Source of the DNA: Octopus sinensis
Taxonomy: Eukaryota
Reading direction: 5' to 3'
Assembly (NCBI RefSeq): GCF_006345805.1
Contig: NC_043003.1
Span: forward strand, 91,326,001 to 91,390,000
DNA length: 64,000 bases
A program made the translations under genes and the position numbers. The notes beneath the pieces were generated by a model, which saw nothing but the letters and a program-made list of their open reading frames with translations, searched no databases and was not told the DNA's origin. Shown here piece after piece: positions 10,301 through 21,600 of this stretch. Each line of letters begins with the position of its first letter. The stretch's first letter is position 1.

Positions 10301-13300
10301 GGCGAATCTAAAATGTAGAATTCCAGTTCAAAGTAAGTTTGAAAGTGACATCCTTCTAAACATTTAACCATAGTTGACATACACTGCACTCATTTCAAAT
10401 AACTTTCGTAATTAAACTAAGTCTTACAATCAACAGGAAATTTTTTTATGTAGGATTTTAGTTTAGACCACTCAAATACATATTAGCTTCAGTTATCAAA
10501 CTTTGTTAAAATTGATAGTGTGAACTCACCTGAGTATGGACAATAATCCTAATGGTGTTGCAATAACGGATCAACTTTTGATAATCCTTTTCAATACTCT
10601 TCTTGCCAGCTGCATCTTGGTACTTCTTGGCGTATTTGGTATATGCCTTCCTCTTAGAGCGGGACCTTTAAAGTAGGAGGGTAATTAAGTAGCAAGTCTC
10701 ATCACGTAAGAACAGTGAGCGGAGACTCGTTACATCAAGCAACTCAGCTCAGTCAAACCAGCCACCGAAGTAAATACTAAATATGCAAGATAGTTTACAC
10801 AACCTGTGTGCCAAGCATTTAAGTAACTAGCATTGACTTCGAAGACCATTTGAGAGGAACTATACCATTGCTTATCTGCAGACTTCCCCTGCATTTATGT
10901 GGTATAGTCCTACAAGAGAAAGTCAGCACAGTTTAAGATATGCATGTTATGAACGGAGATAAAATAATCCTTCAGTATGGAAAATTTTAAAAAGTAAGAA
11001 AATTCATGAGGCTTGCTCTTGAATTTCAGATATCCTTGAAAATGAATATCGTATTTAGGAATGGTCATGTTGCCAGTTTGGCCAATAAAAGCACACACAC
11101 TATATATTTGGTGTTAATTTGCTTCAGTTTTATTTCTTAATCTTATTTCGGCCAGAGTTATTTCATCACACTTCTGTGTTGGTTCTCTTGTCTGCCTGTT
11201 GGTCCCTCTGTTGTGGTTGTTTTTGTTCCTACCAGTAGTGTTTTCCGTTTCAAGTCTACTGACTCCCTGTCCAAGAATTCTGTTGTATTCAACTTTATTT
11301 TCCATCCCATGACAACTTTTATTTGTCCTTGTGACTATGGTTATCTGTGTGTGTCCATTCCCCCTATTGTTGTATACGATTTTTCTGCTTTTGTATTTGT
11401 ATCTGTTGCTTGTGTTCTTATGTTCGTTTTCGCCGTTGTTATTGTTGCTGCTGCAATTATTGTTGAGTTGTGTTTGTTGATCTTATTGTCATACATAAAT
11501 TCCAACATATTTTTGTGACCCATCAATCTGATAGGCATTGGATGGTATTCACCTTATTAAATACAGCATAGTAGTTGAAGTATCAATTTTTAGTCTGAGT
11601 CATTGTCCTTGCTGAATTCAAATGGTAGTGAGACATCTGCCATAACAATTCTGTTATTATACCTGGGCACCTCTTTCTCTTTTGCAAGTTTGTATTGTTA
11701 CGTTTTAACCACGAGAATTTCTTCTTTAAAATGTCTATTGCACTGGCGTATAATGTGTTCTCTGCATGTATTACATCCACAAGTGTGATTCTCTCTGTTC
11801 GTGGCAATGCTTTTAATTCCTCTTAATATGCGCCTGCATTTTTCTTGTTCACTTAGTTCTTTGTAGATTTTGTTCTTTATATTCACCATCAGCTTGGCCT
11901 TTGGGGAGTTCTAGTCGTTCTACACTTGATGTGACTCTGCTAATGCATATTTTGGAGGAGACATTATTTAATGGAGCTGTTGAGTCGTCACGGTTTTTCC
12001 GTAGGCAACTGAATATAGGGTTCTTCAGCATCTTGCTAGCCTGGCTAGAGTTCACAAAGCTGAAGCAAATTAATACCAAATATATATTTTTATTGGCTAA
12101 ACTGGCAACATGACCATTCCTAAATACAGCAATATCTGTTTCAACACACGATTTCACACGAAGAATCTTGCAAAACAAATATATAAACCTGAAAATGAAG
12201 CTATGAGAAACCTTAACTCAGCACACCGAGGGTGCGATTCCAGAAATATACAGAATTTATGATTCTGCAAAATAAATATATTCTGTAATATTTCAATTAA
12301 AAAAAAAAAAAAATCAAACCTCACTCCTGTCCCCCTCCAACATATCAAGTGAAATTAAAGTGTTTTTTCTACAACAGTTTCATGCCAAACATGTAATTGA
12401 TGGTCTTTTGGAATTAAGACGTATGTAAAAATTAGTTTTTTTGCACACACAAAATGTTACAAAAGATTTTTTTTTTTTGGTAATTCGTATTTCGAAAGTT
12501 GATCCTCGATTTGACTTTTTTTTAGCTTGTCTGATTTCCGGTTGGGGCTAGTTTGTTAACTTGTATTAGAAATTTGAAAACGTTGTTTCTGTGTCAGGTT
12601 TCCTGTTTAGATACCTTTTGCACCTGCCATTTTATAATTCTATGGACGTGTGAAACTTAGTAGAGAAAACACTAATTTCACTTCGTATCACAGGCCGGAG
12701 GGGAGTCGTTTTTTGAAAAATTGAAATTTTACAATTTTTCTGAATCATAATCTCCCTATTCTCTCCGTATTTCGCCTAAAATTTTTTTTTGAAAGTGAAA
12801 ATTTAAAAAACTGGGAGGGGGGGGGGCAAATTTTGAAATGCAGATTCGGACGGAATCTCCGCCCTTGATATATAGTGTTCCTGCATTAAAAAAAGCCATT
12901 CTTTCGATATAACTCGATAAAATGAAACCATTTCACTTCGGGTATTTCCGTGCCAAATGACAGAAGCCAATGAGTTGTCCATGATCTTTAAACCCTGCCC
13001 AGTGTCTACGTTGCTTAATAGTAAAATTAACTTTTATTCCAGTTTCGTTTACTTTTTAAAAACACTGAAGGATTACCTAAGATATAATTAACTTTACTTA
13101 CCAGTTCTTATAGAAACGACGCCTGCACTCTTCTCCAAGATGTTCAGCAAAAATAGACTTGAAAGCACGTGGACCACGTGGAGTATCGATGTAGCCAGTG
13201 ACTCCAATACAGACAACAGGTGGACATTCAATAATGGTGACACCTTCCAATACCTCTTTCTTATTCACCTCTGAAATGTCAAATCATTTTAATTGATTAC

Positions 13301-15148
13301 CGAAACTAGACACTGAGTAACAAATTAGTATCGATTACTAAAATCTATCAAAAACTGGTTTAAACACTAAAATTTCAGTTTCTTAAATACCAACCCCGGT
13401 AGGTCCCCGTGCGCGCTAGCTAGTCGTGATTAGGCGATCCTCACTAAGTTTTATTTACTTTGTAAAAAATTGTTTTAGTGTTTTATATACTTTGCTACGT
13501 AGTCGTTGTAGGATCGCATAGTAACGACTAGCTGGCGCGGATGCGCGAGAACGCGCACCGGGACCAAAGTACCAAACCCCACACTGCAAATCCAACTTTG
13601 GGGCTAATGCAGATTCGCATCGGATTGCTACGCTTTTTATGTCGGACATAACGGAATAAGCTACTACTTAAGAAGAGTGGTCCCGCTGCGCGCTAGCTAT
13701 TCGTGACCAGTCGATCCTTTGTGGTTTTGTTTTATTTTATTTTGTTTAAAATTATTTTGTGTTATATTTACTTTGCTAGGTAGTCGTAGGATCGCCTGGT
13801 CACGACTAGCTAGCGCACTCTTAAGTAGTACCGAATTATGATTTTGCTTACTTTGAAGATATCGTAGCGAACTGAACATATGCAATACAAAAACATTGAA
13901 ATTAATCTAAATTAAATATACACCATTTTATGAGAAACTTTATTTTGGTTGTATACTGTCAACTTAACGTGACAGTATACAACCACTATATCGCTCCACC
14001 ACCGTACATATCTGAGATATTTAGAATTTTTTTTTATTTTGCATATTCGTAATCTGACATTGTGTGTTATATATTGGAACCCTAACGTTTCATAGCAAAA
14101 AATGCATTTTTCAAGGACAGGTGCGAACTTGCATTAGCCCCCATCATTTCATGAGAAACAAAAAAATGTTTAATAATTTCACCCTCTCCCCCAATTTTAA
14201 ACTTTTTCATCCATTTATTTATCGCTATCCGTTTACTCATAAAATCTTAGTCAACTAAATTTGGTGGCCCTATAGAAGACCGTACTGTTGATTTTAGCCT
14301 TTGAAAATGGGGTTTCTTGCATATTAGGAATCTGTCATCTAAAACGGAAAATAATTTCGATAAAACTCAAAATTTTTTTTTTTTCATATACGTAATCTAA
14401 AACTCAAATTTTTTTTTTTTTTATATTCGTAATCTAAAACTCAAAATTTTTTTTTTTTTATATTCGTAATCTAAAACGTGGGGATCCGATTTTTTTTCTG
14501 TTCTTTTTAATAAAATTGCATTTTTCAAGGAGAGGTGCGAAACCGCAGCGATCAGTTTTTGCCTCCATTTCATTTCTAACGAAAGTTTTATATTTTCAAC
14601 TAAATTTTTGAAAATTGTCAAAAGAGAGAAAAAAAATTTACATGCTGCGCGAGAGAAATTTAAAAAGAAAATTATGAACATATGATGGGCTTAAAATAAA
14701 AAAAAAAAAGTGAAGTTTTTAATGTAAAACCATCGGATGCACGTGGCGGAGGAATGTCGGCCATCTTCATCGACAGCATCGTAGCAGGAGAACATTAATT
14801 AAAATGCGACTAATTACTCAAAATATAACTTACTTGAGCCAGGTCTGTCAACTTCGCGGACGATATGAGTCATCCCAGCCTTATAACCCATAAAAGCGGT
14901 TAAATGAACAGGCTTTTTGGGATCATCTTTTGGAAATGCCTTGATTTTGCCCTTATGACGTTGACTTCTCTTTTTGGGCAGAAAGCCCTTGGAGCCATGC
15001 CGTGGGGCAGAAAATTTACGATGAGACTGAAATGATTAAAAGAATAGGCTCAACATACATAAAAAACTGAAGGGTTTTAAGTAGTATTAATAAATTTGAC
15101 GACATAATTTGTGTAGTGGAGCAACGAGAGACGATGACTACTCACCAT
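7355..15148 (-). CDS. RPL3: 60S ribosomal protein L3 (uL3), 8 coding exons, 402 aa
   Basis: Manual splice reconstruction, all GT-AG: 15148-15146 (ATG only), 15026-14834, 13270-13102, 10665-10530, 10307-10121, 8693-8335, 7863-7744, 7396-7355; total 1209 nt. Protein [21 protein letters not shown]...[13 protein letters not shown]...[15 protein letters not shown]...[13 protein letters not shown] has the uL3 hallmark motifs. Confidence 0.98.
7470..7600 (-). ncRNA. Candidate box H/ACA snoRNA in RPL3 intron 7
   Basis: About 130 nt hairpin-hinge-hairpin-tail. Hairpin 1: CGAGCTCA/TGAGTCTCG and CACTGAG/CTTGGTG. H box ATATTA at 7541-7536. Hairpin 2: TCAGTC/GGCTGA and TTAGAGTG/TACTCTGA. ACA at 7475-7473, 14 nt below the pocket top. 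Ends about 73 nt before the 3' splice site. Confidence 0.62.
7744..7863 (-). CDS. RPL3: RPL3 exon 7
   Basis: [40 protein letters not shown]|gtaagt, 120 nt. Confidence 0.97.
8335..8693 (-). CDS. RPL3: RPL3 exon 6
   Basis: [30 protein letters not shown]...[11 protein letters not shown]|gtaaat, 359 nt. Confidence 0.98.
8718..10008 (-). mobile_element. Merlin/IS1016-IS1595 superfamily DNA transposon in RPL3 intron 5
   Basis: TIRs GGCACTGTCATGC(T/C)TTTAGTTGTCAG...; perfect 8-bp TSD AAATTTTT (8710-8717 and 10009-10016); broken transposase 9789->9059 with [48 protein letters not shown]. Confidence 0.92.
10121..10307 (-). CDS. RPL3: RPL3 exon 5
   Basis: [21 protein letters not shown]...[12 protein letters not shown], 187 nt. 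Confidence 0.97.
10530..10665 (-). CDS. RPL3: RPL3 exon 4
   Basis: [15 protein letters not shown]...IRIIVHTQ|gtgagt, 136 nt. Confidence 0.96.
11051..12127. mobile_element. About 1.08 kb segment bounded by 70-80 bp inverted repeats in RPL3 intron 3
   Basis: 11051-11130 is the reverse complement of 12057-12127, with few mismatches and one indel; interior has decayed ORF-like sequence on the minus strand. Confidence 0.6.
13102..13270 (-). CDS. RPL3: RPL3 exon 3
   Basis: [17 protein letters not shown]...[11 protein letters not shown], 169 nt, ag/gt flanks. Confidence 0.97.
13402..13830. mobile_element. Two tandem related palindromic MITE-like units in RPL3 intron 2
   Basis: Units 13402-13565 and 13662-13830; arms GCGCTAGCTA.TCGTGA..AG.CGATCCT / AGGATCGC..GT.ACGACTAGCT.GCGC around AT-rich cores. 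Confidence 0.65.
14834..15026 (-). CDS. RPL3: RPL3 exon 2
   Basis: tttcag|[20 protein letters not shown]...VREVDRPGS|gtaagt, 193 nt. Confidence 0.97.
15146..15148 (-). CDS. RPL3: RPL3 exon 1 coding part (ATG only)
   Basis: Minus strand ...gctgtgATG|gtgagt, downstream of a pyrimidine TOP tract. Confidence 0.9.
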
Positions 15149-15165
15149 CACAGCAAGCGAACTGC

Positions 15166-15203
15166 AAAGAAAGAATGTGGACGATTGGGTGGTGATTTAT
15201 ATA
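15166..15203 (-). promoter_or_regulatory. RPL3 core promoter: TCT/TOP initiator (TTC+1TTTCT, predicted TSS about 15173) and TATATAAA at about -30
   Basis: Minus strand TTCTTTCTTT at 15175-15166 fits the YYC+1TTTYY TCT motif; TATATAAA at 15203-15196. Confidence 0.8.
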
Positions 15204-15584
15204 GTAGAAGGTTGCGCGCGCGAAGTTCACAACACTACGAGAGTTTGATTTATGATTAAAATTTTTAATAATTTCTATTAACTGAAAATGTACACTAAAG
15301 TAGTTATAATAAAAATTATTCAAGAATGTGTTAAAACTAAAAAATATGTGATTCTAAACTATAAAGATTATTTGTGAACAAGAATTAAGAGTCAAATTGA
15401 AATACACTTTTCGTATCAAATAAGTTTGTTTTATTTTTAATTAATTCGTTAAATATAGTGAAAATGTAACTAAAAATTAACATGTAAAATTATAATGCTT
15501 CTTGGTTTTAAATTACCTAAATGCTCAAAATCTTGATACTGTTAGCTTTGTTATTTCACAACCTTGTCGTTCTGGGTTGGCAAA
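15174..15584. promoter_or_regulatory. Bidirectional promoter region shared by RPL3 and NDUFB10
   Basis: Divergent start codons at 15148(-) and 15585(+); GCGCGCGCG CpG cluster near 15214-15222. Confidence 0.75.
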
Positions 15585-15681
15585 ATGGTGGCAGACGACA
15601 CCGTTGACCGCGATCTTCCTTATAATAAATTTGTTTTCAGCATTTTTAAGATCATAGATAAACCAGTGACTGCTTTTAGAG
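15585..15681 (+). CDS. NDUFB10: NDUFB10 exon 1
   Basis: caaaATGGTG...IIDKPVTAFR G|gtaaac. Confidence 0.9.
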
Positions 15682-18600
15682 GTAAACTTCGTCACTTTAT
15701 AACTAAATCTCTTTTATATTAACTGTCAAGCATTAACTTTATTTAAATACCTTTGTTTTGATTTTGCCCTTGAAGTTGAAAGAGTTCTTTTTTTTTTTAA
15801 TCCGTGTTTTTAAAACTCGGTTTATTTTGTTATGAGAAAACAATTATTAAATAACGACATTTATTCTATTTTCATTTTGCAATACTATTTTCCAACAAGG
15901 CTTTTTTTTTTAATGCATGTCATTAATGTTAAGGTTAAAGATAATAAAGTAAACGGTGAAATTATAAGGACAAACTTATTTTCTTAGTAAGTTTGGTCAG
16001 TCTGAATTAGTCTTACAGTCAGTATTTTTCTGTTTCGGTTACATCTCTGCACGACCTATCTTAAATTTGTAGGGCAACTCCAATTTAATTTTCTGTTGAG
16101 GTCTATTAACCTCATAATTCAAATTTTGGCAGTCTTGGAATATATCTGTCAATATCACCTTTAGTTTCTGTGGTAAACCTGATTGAATAACATGACCCTC
16201 AATCAATGGGTTTTATTATTATTAGACAAATGATAACACTGTTTTAGCCTCCAAACCAAGGTGAGGAGAACGTAAAAGATTATTTTTATTTAACAAAATT
16301 TCAAGTCAATTACAGGTTAAAACTGAAAATCCGACAACATCTTTAGATACTACTGTCAGTCAGCATCAGTCTGTTGCCATGGTACTCTGGTTGAAGATTG
16401 CAGTTCCCCTATTTCATTCATCTTAAAAGAAATTATAACAGAAAATCAAGTACTCTGATAACTTCTTCAAAATATAGACTCTTATCTTTTTTCTAACTGA
16501 AATGGATACATATTTCTTTTGTGTAGTGTTGTAAGTGCATCTGCTTAGCAGAAGAAAGCAACAGGGACGTGTTCCAATGTACCATTTTGAAATATTACTT
16601 GAAGACCTAAAAATTTGTTGACCAAAATTATACTTTTACTTGAGTTTTAGTTTCTGAGAATGTGTTAGTTTTGGAGCAGAAACTGAGTGATGATTATTTT
16701 TCTCTTTGCAACAATACATTATTGTTAAATTGTATGGTTTTTAAGTTGTTTCCATTGTCTGTGATTAGCAGTTTAGCTTGTGGTAAACCTGACTGTGATG
16801 CCATATCCATTCACCTGCTGCGTTGTGCTGTTCTGTGGCCCAACTCTTACTAGTTCTGTGCAGCTCAGTGCTGTAAGAAGCAGGTGTAGTATGTAATTAA
16901 AGTGTTTTGTTTGCTGCATTCATGTTATTAATTATGCTTGTATAGACAACAGTAAGTGACTCAAATGTATCTTCATGGGGAGAACCTGAAATCATTATGA
17001 TCACAGGGAAATAAATCTCAACTTCTGTATAAAGCATTAAAAGATGGAAGAAGATATTTTAGTACCAGTTGCAAGTTATTGATGCTTATCAACTTGAAAC
17101 CATACTGCTTCTTGGTCTGTAGAAGAAAAAAATCTATAATTCTCCAAACTTTAGCCACCCTTATCATGATATCACAAAGCACGCACACACACCTATATAT
17201 ATAGAGAGATAGTCATACTAGACCAGTCATCTCCCTTTTAAATATACTCAAACTTCACCATTCTGTGCCACCATCCAACACTTTCTTTTCTGAAAGACCT
17301 CTATTCCCAGCCTTCACCTACTCTTGCAGTTATCTCATCATTCAACTCTGCTGTTACCACTCATTCCATTCTCCCTGACTTCACTCAAATAGTCTCTTTT
17401 TCCCCCATCATACTCTTGCTCTTTTCACCCACTCACCCATACCATTACCACTTCAGCCATTACCACTTACTTTCCTACCAACAGTACCCCTAAATATATC
17501 TCATCCCTCAGATGTCATGGTTTTCTCTCCTCTTCAAATATCCATTTCAGGCATCATTCTTCCCTTTACTGTTCACACTATAAGGTGGCTGGCTAAATCA
17601 GCAGAGAAAGTGTATGGTTATGAGGTCCCTCTAGTCCTGTCTCACAGATGACTGTTCAGCCTCTCAAGTGGTGATGCCATAAGAAAATGCACCCAGTATA
17701 CTGTGTAAAGTGGTTGACATTAGGAAAAGCATCTAACCATACTAGCCATAAATACCAAGCCACATGACATGTATGAACACCAAAACACCTTGGCTTCAAA
17801 GCCAGTCACTCCCAGTGGGAAATAACTAAACTGCAATGACCCAACCACCTTGTGCCAGCATAGAAAATGGACATAAAAGGATAATGATGATATTATAATA
17901 ATAATAATGAAATTATTGTATACAGTGCTCAGGTGCACCACAACTTGTCAGAAAGTGCGTATAAAGTATATGCAGTAATGTACAAATGTCTGGAAAGTGA
18001 ACAGTGTATGAGTCAGATACATGCTTGTGTGTGTATGGAGGGGAGAAAATCAGGTGTAGTGTTGGCGAATCTCAGAAAGCATGGAAGTTTTTAAGGATGC
18101 AGTGCTCTGACAATTAACAACTGATGCTGGCAGTTTGTTCCATGCTTCAGCAACTCTCAGCGTGAAAAAATGTTTCCTAAAGTCATGGGAGCTGTGCTGT
18201 TTTCTGACTTTGTGAATATGTCCACGGGTGTTAGACGGGTGGAGTTCGAAAAGGTGCTCAGAGTTATTGTTTGTAAGATGGTTGATAATTTTATGGGTGT
18301 CTGCCAAGTCAGCTGCCAGACATCAGAGTTTCAATGTGTCCATGCCCAGGGAAGTAAGGCGCTCAGAATATGGCAGATGCCTGATGGAGGGTATTCTTTT
18401 GCTTGCACGTTGCTGAACGGCTTCCAGACGATTGATATCCTGAGCAAGATGGGGGTTCCAGGCAGGTGATGCAAATTCCAGGTGAGGTCTTACCATAGCT
18501 ATATAAAGCCCCGCAGATAGATAGTCGGAGAGCGGCTCACAAAGGACTTTGTGAGTGATGCCAAAACACCCTCAGCCTTCTTGACAATTTTAGCGATGTG

Positions 18601-21600
18601 TTTTGTCCAACGCAAATCACTGTCGACAATAACACCCAGGTCACGTTCACATGAAGACTTTTTGAGATTAGTGTTGTGGGGGGGAATAGGTGGACTCTGG
18701 GTTTCTCCTCCCAAAATACATAGTAGTACATGAGTTGCCAGTCCATGATCCACTGCTGCAGTATTACTTAAATGAACACAGTAGTAATGGATTAATTAAA
18801 AATTGTTGACCATCAATAAATGTACTCAATATCTCCTTGCTAAACATATTTCCATCTGTATCTTTCTTAATACCATCACCATTCTTGCCACCACTATGAG
18901 AGAACTTTTATGCAGTCACTGGACTTGCTTGAAACAGAAACTTTCCCTCACATTCCACTCTAACATTTTTAAAACAAACAAATGACACACACAGTTTACG
19001 TGGATATAAAAGCAGGATGGTTCATAGGTGGAAGATCTGTGATAATATTCTCTTTTTATTCAATGAGGGCATGTGATTAGAATGTCACAGGAAAGAATAG
19101 TGAGAGGGATTCTTCAAACCGGCAGGAAAACTAAGGGTATACCAAGAACAAAATGGTTGGAAGATATCTATAGTCCTAGTTGGTCACACTTGAAATTCTA
19201 ATGACAGTTGTTTTTGATAAGACCCTATGGAGGAGTTGCCTAAGGACTCTGCTCCCAATGACCCTCTCAGAAATAATGGGCAGAGAAGATGGATGGACAA
19301 GAGCAGACCTGCAAGTAAGCAACATGAACAACAACATGGATTTTATCATACTCATCATTTGATGCTTTGAATTTTCTTTTTCTTTATTTATTTTTTTTTA
19401 TTTAGAAAAAATCGTTGAGCCACTTCAAAGTAGGAATAAACACTATTTTTATCACCGTCGATTCAGAAGAGTGCCAACCGTCGACCAGTGTGAATTTAAT
19501 GACGTAGTATGTGTGTTTGAAGCTAACCAACAGTTCAAACGAGACTGGTAGGTTAAAAATTCTTTTTCTGTTGCTTAACATTTTTTAAAGCTGTCTGGGT
19601 TTTATAGGTTATTTAGAAGGTTCTGAATTATGTAGAGAGAAAATGATAGCATCTTTTGTCCTACCTTACATGTCATTTCATTTGTTATATTTTCTTTTAA
19701 TCAATTTCAGTTTCTCTGATTTCAATGTATATACATATCTTCTAACAGTGCTTGAATTTGGAGTGTTTATAATCAATACAAATTGTGTGTATGTGTGTGT
19801 AATGTTTTTTAGGCCCTTGTTAAGCCTTGATTCAGGAAACCCATGATCAAAGGCTTTGTCTTTTAGCTGTGACCACTCCATGTCTCTCTTTTTCTTTTTT
19901 TTCTGCATTTTTTCAGACATAGTGTATCTAAGATCACAATATCCAATGTACCATTTTTAAGGCAGTAGAGTTTGAATTTAAGAAAAAATAGGCTGCTATT
20001 TTTAGCAGATCATATAGACACATCGAGATTCTGAAGTATGTATATTTACTCTACAGCAAGAATCCTATTCCTAAACTTAACACCTAGCATAAAACCACCT
20101 CCCTCTCTTCTACAGTCCTACTCAATCAATCTGGATCTTGTGAGTTACGTGGTAACTTCAATATTGCTGGGGCCACAAAATAAAACACCCAATACTCTCT
20201 TTTGAGCTAAAATCATTTGCTGCGTCTAAAACTGAGACAACATCCTGTCTCTGTTATGTTTACGTACGGAAAGCGTGTGTATAAAATTATAGAATTATTT
20301 TGTTTGTTAATTGTTTAAATTATTTTCCATTGCTTTCATTTTTGCCTTTCGTTTTTTTTCTTAAGCAATGGAAAATAGTTTAAACAATACACGAGTATCT
20401 CAAAACAAAAACTCAAAACAAAAACAAAACGAATAATTTTAGACACACGCGTAACAATTAAATTAATTTAACAATTAAGAAAAAAAATGAAAGGCTAAAA
20501 TTTAGGGTTAGTGTTAGAGTTAGGGTTTGGGTTAGTGACAGGATGTTTTCTCAGTTTTAGACGCAGCAAATGATTTTAGCTCAAAAGAGGTCATTGATTG
20601 GTTAAAATTCGAAAAATTAAACTACGTTAAACTTACAAATTACAATTTTCTCAAGAAAGCCAAGAGAAAAAAATGTTTTATTTTGACACATTCTACCAGT
20701 ATACGAAGTTTAAAAGTGTTTAGTTAACTAGAAATTGTGTTGACATGTGCCGTTCAAACGGAAAAGATCCAAAATATCATTTACTGCATACATGCCTACA
20801 AGGTAGGGAGAATTATATTGGTTAAACGAGAACAAAATTAGTACACTGGATGAGGGTACATGAACAACAAATAAGATTCATCTCCAAGAAATGTTCTATA
20901 AATGGAAAATTCAAAATCTTCTCTTTTTACCATTTAAAGGAAGAAAATGATCAACTACAAAAGAAGAAAGAAGAGTACTTTATAAGTATATATTTGCACA
21001 ACAAATATATACTTTATAAGAATTCTAAATCTCAAAATAAACTGGAAATATAAAACAGTGCTGCTAAAAACAACCTCCTCTATACAGATTATCCTATAAT
21101 ACATGTTTGAAAAGCTACAACAAGCTTTCACAATATGAAATCTTTCTAAAAGATTTGTGTTATTCTTTTCTCTTTTTAAGATTTTTTAATATAATTAATA
21201 ATTTTATATTTTAAGAAAATCTTCTTTAAATATTGTGACCATATCAAGAATCCTTTCTAAAAACTTATATATAATTATACATGTTTATCTTCAGAGACAA
21301 TTGAATGTGGTTCAATACTCTTGAAAATTTAAAGATGATCAACTGTGTATATATATATATATTTTTTTTTTGTATTTAAATTTTTTTTAACTTTTAGGAG
21401 CGTTGATTCAAATATCTTGAAGATTCTTCGTAAACGAAAGATGGAATGCATTATGTATGAAGGTGCTAATGCTCCACAAAAATGCAAAAAGGTTACTGAA
21501 GATTATGAAAATGCTTCTACTAACTATTTCATAAAATGTAAGTTTAAATTTCTAGTACCAAATTATTTCTGTCCAATAGGTATTTATTTCATTTTACTTA

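Noticed and set aside
16165-16295. H/ACA snoRNA in NDUFB10 intron 1 (AGACAA hinge)
   Set aside because: Pocket-to-box distances (about 18 and 26 nt) are non-canonical and the second hairpin is weak.
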